A stretch of 28,074 nt of DNA from Eledone cirrhosa (taxonomy: Eukaryota): the NCBI GenBank assembly GCA_964016885.1, contig CAXHJY010000032.1, positions 1 through 28,074 on the forward strand. The letters are read 5' to 3'. Of the stretch, positions 1 through 14,899 are shown one piece after another (positions within the stretch are counted from its first letter, which is position 1; the number at the start of each line of letters is the position of its first letter). Below the pieces are notes generated by a model. It saw only the letters and a program-made list of their open reading frames with translations. It made no database searches and was not told where the DNA came from. The translations under genes and the position numbers were made by a program.

Positions 1-391
1 GTAAATTTGATATACTGGGAGTAATTTAGCGATCTTAACCGAGGCCTTAGTGAGGTCTCGAACCTACATTGACCGGATGTCATTGAATAGATCTGAGACA
101 AACAGCACCTGTAGCGACCAACGACAACCCCACCTCATACATTTACTATGTCCTTTCTGTCTTTTTTATCGTTTTTATCACTGTAATCATCGTTACTGTT
201 TACTGTAGCACCTAAACGAACGCTGCTCTCATTTCAATGTTGTGTCAAAGTTCATTTGGATTATCTTTCCAATTCACCACTTAGACAGTTTCTATGACAA
301 CGGCACTTGTTGTTGTTGTTGTTGTTATTGTTGTTCTTCTTCTTTTGTCTAAAATGTTCAACTCTTTCTTCTAGATTATTTGCAGTTTTCG

Positions 392-428
392 GTTTTCAGT
401 CATTAGACCGCGGCCGTGCTGGGGAGCA
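392..428 (-). mobile_element. Short fragment of a common octopod SINE-like repeat end
   Basis: TTTCAGTCATTAGACCGCGGCCGTGCTGGGG resembles a recurrent octopus repeat motif, recalled rather than searched. Confidence 0.4.
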
Positions 429-893
429 GGGGGCCTCGTTTGCCTTCAAAATGTGTGTGTATGGGGGTGAGTGTGTGTGTGCGTGTGTATGTGGGGGGGG
501 GGGGGGGGGCAAACCAACATTTGTTGATTCTTAAAGGAGCATAAATTGCTTATGGTGCCTTTCCCGGACCCTATCACATGAGTAAAATTTTACGCTAATT
601 AATTTTTATATATTCAAATGAAGTTTAGATTTGAAAAAAATAAGCTTAAAAAGAATTTATTATATCATATAAACAAAACACAAAAGATGGTTTGTTCCCT
701 GAAAAAGTGGGGGGTGGGGGACTTGTCCCTTGGTATCCCCCTGAAACAAGGCTCTTGCTGGGGAGGTATACAGCCTCGAAGAGATATAGACCTTCGTATC
801 GACCCTGGTCGAACCAATAAGTTACTGGGCATAAACAGATAGACAAACAGTCACACACGCACACACGCATATGTGTGTATATATATATATATA

Positions 894-1286
894 CGAGGGC
901 AATCCCAAAAGTAAGGTCTACTTCCGATATTGCAAATTTTCCGTTAAAATCCTGTGGATGGTGCTTCGTGAAACCTCAGGAACCAAAATACAGAGACAAT
1001 CCAGAGGGATCCGCCGATCTTTACGCATGTTTTCCTCGGAAGGAGACCTTACTTTTGGGATTGCCCTCTATATAATAACTGCGCGAAATTCGCACTTGGA
1101 AGTAGCGTTCAACGGGAGCTCCATTCTCAACAGCTGCCAAGCCAAGATTGAGCATCCCAGCGAAGTGCGCGCATGCTTGTTTGGGAGTGAAGGAAGCACC
1201 AATCACAACAATGTTACCAACAGCCGTACGAACAGTTTCTCTGCATCCCCAGCGCTTTGGGGACCTTACTTTTGGGATTACCATCG
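894..1286. mobile_element. Non-autonomous Tc1/mariner-type element (MITE) in a TA tract
   Basis: Left TIR CGAGGGCAATCCCAAAAGTAAGGTCTACTTCCGA (894-927). Inverted copies at 1036-1068 and 1262-1286. TA on both flanks, and TACGAGGG is a typical mariner terminus. No transposase ORF. Confidence 0.8.
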
Positions 1287-1304
1287 TATATATATATATA
1301 TATA

Positions 1305-1453
1305 TTAAAATAACAGATTAAAGTTTACGCAAAGAATCGCTGCTTTCACCCTTAACGGGATCTTCTGAAACTCAATATATATTTGCTCTATGGTTTTATA
1401 TATTTTGATATATATATTATCCTTATTGAGCCCTCTTCGTATTTTAGTCTTCA
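1305..1453. mobile_element. Family A short element (hammerhead-like module inverted, plus 3' module), probable Penelope-like remnant
   Basis: 1305-1373 matches 3053-3108 and 7020-7086. 1381-1453 matches 3207-3278 and the reverse complement of 6950-7014. Starts at the edge of a TA run. Confidence 0.65.
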
Positions 1454-1454
1454 T

Positions 1455-1635
1455 CAGTATCAGTAGAGGGTCGGACGCCATGCTTTGATGCAAAGAGTTA
1501 TGTCCCTTTACGATCTGTGTTCAAATCCCGCCGAGGTTAACTTTGCCTTTCATCCTTACGGGGTCGATAAAATAAAGTACCAGTAATATACTGTTGTAAT
1601 TGCTAGCCTTGTGCCAAAATTAGAAACAATTATTA
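1455..1635 (+). mobile_element. tRNA-derived SINE with Deu/Nin-like central domain (5'-truncated)
   Basis: B-box GTTCAAATCC, core GCCTTTCATCCTTACGGGGTCGATAAAATAAAGTACCAG, tail AGAAACAATTATT. Aligns with the other copies in the window. Confidence 0.85.
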
Positions 1636-1677
1636 CTATGTATATAAGTGTGTGTGTGTGTGTGCGTGTGTCTGTGT

Positions 1678-1730
<53 letters not shown>

Positions 1731-1924
1731 CATACATATATATAAATATATATGCATGTAAATATGTATGTACTGTAGGTATTTAAAAGTCTATCTTTTC
1801 AAAGATATCACCTTTTTTCTTAGGAAAAATGTAGCCAAATAAATATATATTCATATTTCTATGGAATTAAGGATCATTTGTAACGGTTCTCCCTTATTCA
1901 TGTAGTAACATAAAAAATATACAT

Positions 1925-3283
<1,359 letters not shown>

Positions 3284-3574
3284 ATTTTTATTACTGTATA
3301 TATATATATATATATAGGTATATTTATATAAATATTTATATATATATATATATATATGTGTATATTTACATAAATATTTATAGTTATAGCTCTGGTTTAT
3401 CCAAACTATTGAGCCCTTTGCCACGCATTTCGAAGATTATGTTTCGTTATTTCGTGGGCCGAAATTCCGATTCTCGATATATTTATATATATAAATATAT
3501 ATTTTTATCTATATATATATATATATGTAATTAGCTGAAGATGTATACAGATTCACATTTTGCTGTACAAGAGA

Positions 3575-4554
<980 letters not shown>

Positions 4555-4789
4555 TGGTGACCGGTTGTTGTATTGGTGATCAACAGGCTTGACCTTTGCT
4601 CATGCTATCACTGTAAATGGAGGCAACCTTGTGTATTGTCCACTAGCGGTACCTTAGCAAACAGACTTTCGGAAATACCGGCCGCCCGTCCAGGCTTCTC
4701 TCTACACACCCACATCCCCATCTACCCAGTTAGTAAACACATCCACCCGGTGTGTCTTATATTGGTTCACTTTAACTCACGTTGCCACA
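4555..4789 (-). mobile_element. Possible solo LTR
   Basis: 235-bp GC-richer island with sharp edges, reading TGTGGCAAC...GGTCACCA on the minus strand (TG..CA ends). No clear target-site duplication. Confidence 0.25.
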
Positions 4790-4899
4790 CAACACACACA
4801 AGCTATTATTTACACACACTCGAACGCACACGCAGATAGTAACATACATAGACACACAAACACACAAACACACAAACATACATAAATTAATATTCACGC

Positions 4900-5774
<875 letters not shown>

Positions 5775-5989
5775 ATCGAGGAGCAAACATCACTGGCGCT
5801 CTATCTCAAAATTACTTTTGAAAAGCATTAGAAATGCGCAACCGGTGAAACTTAAAACCAAAACTGAATACTAACCAATACTATTACTAATTTTTACTTA
5901 TTCCTAATTAAACTATTTTTAACTGGGAACCAATTTGTCAGCATTTTCTTTTCCTTTTACCAATATATATATATATATATATATATACG

Positions 5990-6044
<55 letters not shown>

Positions 6045-6146
6045 ATATATAAGAAAATGAGGTTTTTTAAATGAAAAAAACGAGATGTCCTACACGAGTG
6101 AAAGTATAAGGAAAAGAAATCGAAAATGTAACTGGAGTCTTGTTAA

Positions 6147-6196
<50 letters not shown>

Positions 6197-6359
6197 ATGT
6201 ATCACAAAATATATATCAAAATAAATTAACTCAATTATATTACACAATAAATACCTGTATGAACTAAAGGGCTAAAATCCAAATTATTAAGAACTTCATT
6301 TACAAAATTATTATTCGGGTATAATAATATATTTAGTTGCATAAAACAATGCATTATAT

Positions 6360-6467
<108 letters not shown>

Positions 6468-6520
6468 CATTGAGACAAATAAGTATGTTTTGAAATAGTG
6501 TGTGAGTTTAAAATAAGAAT

Positions 6521-6680
6521 TAGAAGCTTTCGCTGTATTTTTTTTACTAAAGAAATTTTAGCCTGATAGTAGGGTTTAGAACCCAACGTCAATACTCAAC
6601 TGTTTCCATTTATTAGAGGGTTATAATCCCACTATCAGGCCTAAAATTTCTATACTCAAAAAATATGGCGAAAGATTCTA
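6521..6680. repeat. Imperfect inverted repeat (~63-bp arms) between TA runs
   Basis: 6521-6584 pairs with 6618-6680, for example GAAATTTTAGCCTGATAGT / ACTATCAGGCCTAAAATTTC. Confidence 0.8.
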
Positions 6681-6710
6681 TTTTTAATACATACATATAT
6701 ATATATATAT

Positions 6711-6853
6711 ATATAATTGAATATAAAAGAGAGATAAACACAGATATATACATGTATGTGTTCAAATCGTAAGGGACCAGGTTCTGATCCCTTACTATTT
6801 AAACACATATATGTATGCATCTGTGTTTATCTCTCTTTTATATACAATTATAT
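6711..6853. repeat. Near-perfect palindrome (70-bp arms, 3-nt loop)
   Basis: 6711-6780 is the reverse complement of 6784-6853 with a few substitutions. Loop GTT. Confidence 0.9.
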
Positions 6854-6905
6854 TATACCGGCCCGGAAAAATATCTTTCTTTGAGGTATTTAATTGTAAG
6901 AGACA

Positions 6906-7088
6906 ATTTTGAGTTTCTAAACTCAATATATAGCTTTGATAATATATAGAAAATCCAAAGAGAGCTCGATAAGGATAAATATATATCAAACTTTTCAAGA
7001 ACCCTAGAGCAAATATTTATTAAATAACAGATTAAAGATTAAGCAAAGAATCGCTGCTTTCACCCTTAACGGGGATCTTCTGAAACAT
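6906..7088 (-). mobile_element. Family A element, modules in uninterrupted order
   Basis: Minus strand reads GTTTCAGAAGATCCCCGTTAAGGGTGAAAGCAGCGATTCTTTGCTT...AATAAATATTTGCTCTAGGG...CTTTGGATTTT. Mini-palindrome TTGAGTTT-CT-AAACTCAA at 6909-6926. Confidence 0.7.
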
Positions 7089-7093
7089 ATATT

Positions 7094-7127
<34 letters not shown>

Positions 7128-8118
7128 TATTAATATATTATGTTTACAACAAGAGACATTTATAGCTCTAAAAAGTATATGTATTTGAAATGGCACATCC
7201 ACGCACACATACACACATACACGCATACACACACACATACATACACCACTCATGCACAAATACACACATATGCATACGTGCTTGCTATTATTTTGTCCGG
7301 AAATTACATCAGTAATGCTTTCTGAAGGTCTTCATAAGAACATATAGCTAAGGAAAAGCTAAAGTCCTTAATTCTCTTCTGACAATATTTCCTAATAACA
7401 GTTACTGCAATTGATTTTTTAAATACTGAAAATTTGGAGGGATTACTTTATTGTAGCTAATTCACTCTTTTATAACTCGTATTTGGAACATCACTTAATA
7501 AAGGTTCTTGCATAATATTATAAGTCAATGCTTGCTTTAAAACATTTGTAATCATAGAATCAGGTACGATTTTTTGCCTGTTGGTATTTAAAGGGTTAAT
7601 GCTGTTGTGAGCTTTTCTTTAATTGAAATTACATCATTAACTTTGATAGGTTTCGGCCAGTATTGGCCCAGGCCATGCCTAACTTAATAGCACCACCTGG
7701 GTTTTAATAAGAAAAAAAAACTTTATTAGACTACCACTTCTGAACAAAAACACTAAGGGAGCTACTTCAAAACTAAACTCAGTAAAGTTCAAATCTAGTT
7801 GATAAAAAAAATCTCAATTTAAACAATTTAAATTTCGTAGTTTTTCCTTGCCTTTGTTGACAACAATTCCGATTTTAATTGATTACAGATTTACTTTGGA
7901 TAACACTATCCAATATATTTAAATTTCTGGGGATTGTGTTTCAAAGTCGTATTTAAAACATGCATTCTTGTAAAAATATATCCGAAAATACGTGATATAT
8001 ACATGGTATATACATATGCGTCTGTGTGCGTGTGTAAGGGAGGAAAGGCATTGCGCGGGGCTAATCCCACTCTCTGAACATCGAATGCATTTTCCCCAAA
8101 AGAAGAACTGGTCTACAC

Positions 8119-8377
8119 CATTGGATGCAAACGAAGTCACAGGTTTTATATCAGAGTGACCTTCTCCTAGAGAGATGTCTTAATGAAAACTCGGAGTCTC
8201 TCGCTCCACAAAATAAAATAAAATACAGTACAACCTGCTCATGGTCGGGTCATCGGTGACTAAACCGGCAACCCCACCAGGCTTGTTTGGTGATGAGGGT
8301 GATTTTGGACACCCTGCAGGATGAAAAGGAAACCCGTCAAAGGGCGGGGGAAATGAGGAGAGTCAACGGCCATCCAA
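8119..8377. mobile_element. Rearranged RTE-like 5'-UTR fragment
   Basis: 8119-8170 is a direct match to 20039-20091. 8226-8377 is an inverted match to 20137-20289. Confidence 0.7.
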
Positions 8378-8567
8378 TGAAGTTTTTTTTGTTTCATTTT
8401 TTGGCGAAGCAAGAGACATATATACATACACACATACATACATATATAAATACATACATACACACATACACACATAAATACACACACATACATACATAAA
8501 TACATATAAACATACATACATACATACACACACATATATACATATATACATACATTCGCACAATCGA

Positions 8568-8612
<45 letters not shown>

Positions 8613-8656
8613 CATACACGCATATGTACCTACACACACAAGCACACACACACAAG

Positions 8657-8688
<32 letters not shown>

Positions 8689-8714
8689 CACACATACACG
8701 TACCTTCACACACA

Positions 8715-8755
<41 letters not shown>

Positions 8756-8823
8756 ACACACATAGATACACACACAGAGAAAGTGTGTAGGGCAAGTATA
8801 AACGTATGAAGAGTAGATCTTCT

Positions 8824-9012
8824 CGCCATGTTGGCGTCTCACCGAGGTCTGACCCAATGCATCGCCCCAGTATGTTCTGTGAAGAGGCTTGAATAACAGG
8901 ATGTACAACTTGCATATGTTTAAACAACATCCTTCATGCCTATTCATCGAACACCGGAAGTTTGGTTTAAAGAAGAAGCTCGGAAGAAAAGAAAGTTTAC
9001 ATCTACTTCCGT
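8824..9012. promoter_or_regulatory. Promoter-like island (YY1 and ETS motifs)
   Basis: CGCCATGTTG (8824-8833), ACCGGAAGT (8953-8961), ACTTCCGT (9005-9012) in unique sequence. Motif evidence only. Confidence 0.3.
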
Positions 9013-9168
9013 ACTCTGTAATAACAACAGAGAATCTGTTAGAGAGGAGGTCGGAGTACAGAAAGAAACAAGAAACAAGAAACAAGAAACAAGAAAAAGA
9101 AAATGAAATGAGACAGTGTTTGAACAGCAGTAATCTCAACCCTCGCGTCCTTTTGTTTCTCTCCCCCG

Positions 9169-9233
<65 letters not shown>

Positions 9234-9243
9234 ATGTATGTAT

Positions 9244-9324
<81 letters not shown>

Positions 9325-9445
9325 AACACACGCACATATAGATGTCTATGAGTGTAGACATCTATATGTATGCATACATACAGACAGACTGACAGAGAGA
9401 AGGACAGACACACAGACAGACAGATAAATAGATAGGTAGATATAA

Positions 9446-9506
<61 letters not shown>

Positions 9507-9619
9507 GAGAGATGTATCAAATGATCCGAGAAATCATCGTTGAAAAACCCGTTATACATTTATCAAACATGTCCTTAAAAACTAACGAATTCGTTAAACC
9601 TTACGGAGTATTGTTAATT

Positions 9620-9800
9620 TTGGCAGTATCGGTAGAGAGTCGGACACCATGCTTTCCAGCATAGTTACGTCCCTTTACGATCTGAGTTCAAATCCCGCCG
9701 AGGTTGACTTTGCCTTTCATCCTTACGGGGTCGATAAAATAAAGTACCAGTAATGCACTGGGTAATTGCTGGCCTTGTGCCTAAAGTAGAAACAGTTAAT
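9620..9800 (+). mobile_element. tRNA-derived Deu/Nin-type SINE
   Basis: A-box TGGCAGTATCGG, B-box GAGTTCAAATCC, conserved core and tail. Confidence 0.9.
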
Positions 9801-10379
9801 TTTTTTTATCTAAAACCTTCTTGTGTAACCACTGTTAAGTATCTCCCTCATAGTAAATCTAACGCCAAATCGCAGTATTTTAATATCAATTTCAACAATC
9901 AACTCAATAATTCTAAAAAAAATCTAGTTAATAACATCAGTAAGCCCATATCCAGTATATTTTCCGATGAACAATATCTTAATCGTGATGTTCCCAGTTA
10001 TAGTGGAGCTTCAAAAGATGGCGGTTTCAACAATAGAATTTATTTCACACCATCAACATTAATGTTCATAAACGTAATAATAAAAAAACAAGAAATCACA
10101 CAGTTCACTCTCCTATAATTTAATTGTTCGTTGTAACTGGGCCAAGATTAATTTAAATCTCATAAATATGCATTTTCGATAAATTAAAGATACCGTAATT
10201 GCTTCACCTCTAATAGAGTTCAGGTGAACTAAGCTTGCATCAAAAACTATATTGCTTCCATAGCCAGTATACACAGACGACAAATTTTACTGCAAATAGG
10301 TAAACATCATCCTCTCTATGTAATTGTCACTGCCATAATATATCTTCTCAACTATATGTGACATTCTAAATCATTATTT

Positions 10380-10575
10380 GCGGTGGATTGGCAGTATCGG
10401 TAGAGGGTCGGACGTCATGCTTTGACGCATAGAGTTACGGCCCTTGCCATTCTGAGTTCAAATCCCGCAGAGGTTAACTTTGCCTTTCATCCTTACGGAG
10501 TCGATAAAATAAAGTACCAGTAATACACTGGGTAATTGCTGGCCTTGTGCCAAAAAGTAGAAACAATTATTTATT
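10380..10575 (+). mobile_element. tRNA-derived SINE, full length
   Basis: GCGGTGGATTGGCAGTATCGG head through AGAAACAATTATT tail. Confidence 0.9.
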
Positions 10576-10760
10576 TTGGCAGTATCGGTTGAGGGTCAGA
10601 CGCCATGCTTTGCAGCACAGTTACGTCCCTTTACGAACTGAGTTCAAATCCCGCCGAGGTTAACTTTGCTTTTCATCCTTACAGGGTAAAAAAAATAAAG
10701 TACCAGTAATGTACTGGGTAATTGCTGGCCTTGTGCCAAAAGTAGAAACAATTATTTATT
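10576..10760 (+). mobile_element. tRNA-derived SINE, second tandem copy
   Basis: Same A/B boxes, core and tail. Abuts the previous copy. Confidence 0.9.
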
Positions 10761-10761
10761 A

Positions 10762-10796
10762 GGCAGTGGATTGGCAGTATCGGTAGAGGGTCGGAC
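10762..10796 (+). mobile_element. SINE head only (third tandem copy, truncated)
   Basis: GGCAGTGGATTGGCAGTATCGGTAGAGGGTCGGAC. Confidence 0.85.
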
Positions 10797-10933
10797 CCAC
10801 TTTGGGGTGTGTGAGAGATGTCTTCTCTTGTAAAAATGTAAAACCTCCATTATGTAAAACCTCCCCATTTTTGCCTCATTTCTACCCGTTTTGAGGCACT
10901 TTTTTTCATGGTACACCCTCTTTGAGGTTTTAA

Positions 10934-11155
10934 CCCTTTAGCATTTACATTACTTTATATATACTATCGTATTTTTGTGGTAAAGGCTTTATTATCTTAC
11001 ATAATTATCTCACATTATATCGAATCTACGAGATTTTGATGTTATTTATTTTGAGAAAAATACCTTAAAATTGGTATCAGTGGCAGCTTACGGATTTGAA
11101 CAGAAAGAGGTGAGAGAATTCTGGCCAGATATGGCCGGTTTGAATGCTAAAAGGG
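10934..11155. mobile_element. piggyBac-type MITE
   Basis: TTAA|CCCTTTAGCATT ... AATGCTAAAAGGG|TTGG. CCC/GGG-ended TIRs, with the TTAA target intact on the left and mutated on the right. Confidence 0.7.
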
Positions 11156-11196
11156 TTGGTTTGCAGGTTTTCAGGTCTGCGTTTTTGTTCTCTGAT

Positions 11197-11244
11197 CTGA
11201 GATAAAATCCCATCGAGATCAGATTTGCCTTTCATCCTTTCTGG
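11197..11244 (+). mobile_element. Old SINE core fragment
   Basis: TCTGAGATAAAATCCC...TTTGCCTTTCATCCTTTC resembles the B-box and core region. Confidence 0.55.
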
Positions 11245-11578
11245 TTTGCTACATAAACAGAGATTCTTGCTCCATCTCTCTCATTTTCAATCTTACTGTC
11301 TTTCTCTCTCCTTCTTTCTCCTTCATTCACTCTCTGTCTCTCTTATTCTCTCTCTCATTCTCTCACTTCCCATTTCTCTCTTTCCTTCACTTTCTTCCTC
11401 TTTCGTTTCCTCTTCTCCAGAAGACATCAGCTATATTCAGTATGTCAAGACGGTGCTCCTAAGACTCCATCAATTCAGGCCCATGGATGGATAGATAGAT
11501 TGCATGTAGATATGTCTGTTTATGGTTTACTACAATAATTTAGTAGTAATACCATTACAATTTATTGTAAAGCTTCTT

Positions 11579-11615
11579 AACAATGGTTTCTGATTTAGGC
11601 ACAAGTCCAGCAATT
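11579..11615 (-). mobile_element. SINE tail fragment
   Basis: GTTTCTGATTTAGGCACAAGTCCAGCAATT is the reverse complement of the SINE tail. Confidence 0.65.
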
Positions 11616-11651
11616 GTTTGTTTGTTTGGGGGGGGGGAGGTTGCTGATGCT

Positions 11652-11664
11652 GCTACTACTACTG

Positions 11665-11697
<33 letters not shown>

Positions 11698-12122
11698 TTA
11701 CTACTACCACCACCACTACCACCACCACCACTATTACCACCACCACCACCACTACTAGTACTACTACTACTACTACCACCACCACTATTACTACTACCAC
11801 CACCACCACCACCACTATTACCACCACCACCACCACCACCACTACTAGTACTACTACTACTACTGTTATTACTACTACTACTACCACCACTATTACTACT
11901 ACCACCACCACTACCACCACCACCACTACTAGTACTACTACTACTACTACCACCACCACTATTACTACTACCACCACCACTACCACCACCACCACCACTA
12001 CTAGTACTACTACTGTTATTACTACTACTACTACCACCACCACTATTACTACTACTACTACTACCACAACCACCACCACAACTACTACTACTACTACTGC
12101 TGCTACTACTACTACTACTACT
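11652..12122. repeat. (ACT/ACC)n trinucleotide satellite
   Basis: Triplet array with recurring ATT/AGT/GTT variants. Source of the poly-T/V/S/G/L/P ORFs. Confidence 0.95.
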
Positions 12123-12411
12123 CACGTATGTCAACCACGTGATTAATGTTCATGGGAGAAAAATATGGTTATTTTAAAAATGTTTATTGTTCCTGTTAAG
12201 ATGTGTGCATGTATATATGTTATATATTTGTATATCTATAAACATACACAGATATACGCATAGATATGCATATATTCAGGAGTATATATATATATATATG
12301 TGTGTGTACATGTGTGTGTGTGATCGTGTATGTGTGTGTGTGTGTGCACGCGTGTACTTGTGTAAAGTGAGTCTATATATGTGTTTTAAATGTATTTGTT
12401 TATGAACGACA

Positions 12412-13139
<728 letters not shown>

Positions 13140-13979
13140 TATCTAAAAGAAACCAGATGTTCAATATTTTTGGTGCTGATGCCCCCCCCCCCCCCCCCCC
13201 CCCCACTAAAAAAAAAAACAACAGTAACAACAACAACAACAACAACAATAATAATTATGGTTTTCCAGAAATAGATATAGAAAATAAAAAAATACTAATA
13301 ATAATAAAATGTATAAGTATGAGAACTCTTTTATCTTTAAAGATAAATTTCTGTAAAGCAAACGTTGACTTCCTGGTTTGGCAGTAGAAGATCGTGTTTT
13401 AGATGTACGTGCTCTTTCTTATGTATATAGGTGAACTTTCTCTATATAGTTGACTGTTTGACTATGACCCCTTCCAGTATGTCTTCATGTGTCAATACAC
13501 GGGCAATCGACATGTTTACTGCAACATGACTTCAAATTATGTGTCAAAGCTGGACAGTAAAGCGATGATGATGATGAAGAAGAAAACATTATATAAAGAA
13601 AAATATACTACAATTCTTAGAATACCAAGTTAATGATATCCCATCCATTCATTTTTTTTTTTTTTTTTTTTTTGGTAATTAACGTAATAAAATTTGAACT
13701 AAAACCTAAAATATTTAAATTTGCAAAATTTACGCGATTTTAAAAAGTGATGTTTGGAACATACTTTAAATATTTTAAGCTTCTTAACGTCCTGTTCCAC
13801 ACGAAAACGAATCATTTAATATATGGAGAAAAAACTCTAGCCTTTATCGCCGTCTATATGTCAAACCTCAGCAGTAAAATAAGATGATGGATAAAAATTA
13901 TCAAAGTAAAAAATAACAACTTAACTTATACTACGAAATTAATGATATTTCGTTAAAATAAATTTTTTAAATGTTTTAA

Positions 13980-14132
13980 TATAATTATTTCTACTTTTGG
14001 CACAAGGCCAGCAATTACCCAGTACATTACTAGTACTCTATTTTATCGACACCGTAAGGTTGAAAGGCAAAGATTTGAACTTAGAACGTAAAGGGACGTA
14101 ACTATGCTGGAATGCATGTCCGACCCTCTACC
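13980..14132 (-). mobile_element. tRNA-derived SINE with internal deletion
   Basis: Reverse complement of tail, core and B-box. About 14 nt missing between the B-box and the core. Confidence 0.85.
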
Positions 14133-14452
14133 TAAAATATTTAAACTATCTAGCGATACTGCACTCAAAAGCTAAAATATCTAAGTTTAGACCAATATAT
14201 TACACAGTTTTAAAAAATGTGGTTTTGAAAAGACTCGATCGGAAAATAGTTTTTTTTTTTTATATTCCAAAAGTTTAAAACTGTTAATGTCCTCTCCCAC
14301 ATGAAATCGTATCAAGTAAATTAAGAGGCAAATTTCTAACTCTTACCTCTACCCACGAGACAAAACTGAGCAGTAAAACTAAGATTAACAAGAAAAAATT
14401 TTAGAAATAAATCTTAACAAATCTTAAACTGCACATACATACATATATATAT

Positions 14453-14899
14453 ACTAGATCTGAAAAATGCGCAAGCTCAAAAGAGCCACAGAATGTTATA
14501 ATAAACCTTCAAAAGTGTGGGACTAGAGTTGTTGCTCAAAAATATTGTAATCATTATCTATCGTACACTCTGTGGCATCCTTTTATAAAAAAAGAGACTC
14601 ATAACGAACTCAAGACGACACGATAATTATTTAAGCTAATGTTCAATATCTCATATTAGATGTTTAGTAGTGATTAATACGAAATGCACTTAAACCGAAT
14701 TCTATATTATAAATTCAGTTAAATAATTACCGTGTCGTATTGAGTTCGTTATGAGTCTCTTTTTTATAAAAGGGTGCCACAGAGTGTACGATAGATAATG
14801 ATTACAATATTTTTGAGCAACAACTCTAGTCCCACACTTTTGAAGGTTTATTATAACATTCTGTGGCTCTTTTGAGCTTGCGAATTTTTCAGGTCTAGT
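14453..14899. mobile_element. Fold-back/MITE-like element with ~181-bp inverted arms
   Basis: 14453-14634 pairs with 14719-14899 with only about 6 differences. 84-bp spacer. Ends ACTAG...CTAGT. Confidence 0.85.

Noticed and set aside
871-1308. 145-aa ORF across the mariner MITE
   Set aside because: Starts and ends in TA repeats, reads through the TIRs, and has no HTH or DDD/E motif.
3425-3475. TTTCGAAGA...CCGAAAT hammerhead-like trace after a family A-like segment
   Set aside because: The core lacks a base, stem II is mostly G-U, and there is no stem I.
7330-7599. AAAGGG|TTAA piggyBac-like right end
   Set aside because: No matching left TIR found.
9620-9700. A-box/B-box pairs as tRNA genes
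   Set aside because: No cloverleaf or T-run terminator. They are SINE heads.
9753-10118. 121-aa non-repetitive ORF
   Set aside because: Starts inside a SINE tail, is N/K/I-rich as expected from AT content, and has no recognisable domain or splice signals.
11421-11490. Acceptor-like CCAG after a pyrimidine tract, and a QDGAP motif in one frame
   Set aside because: The tract is a degenerate (CT)n repeat, and five residues cannot support a transposase or exon call.
11583-12146. Thr-rich mucin-like ORF with a GTATGT donor at 12125
   Set aside because: The ATG lies in a SINE fragment, there is no acceptor, and the body is a triplet satellite.
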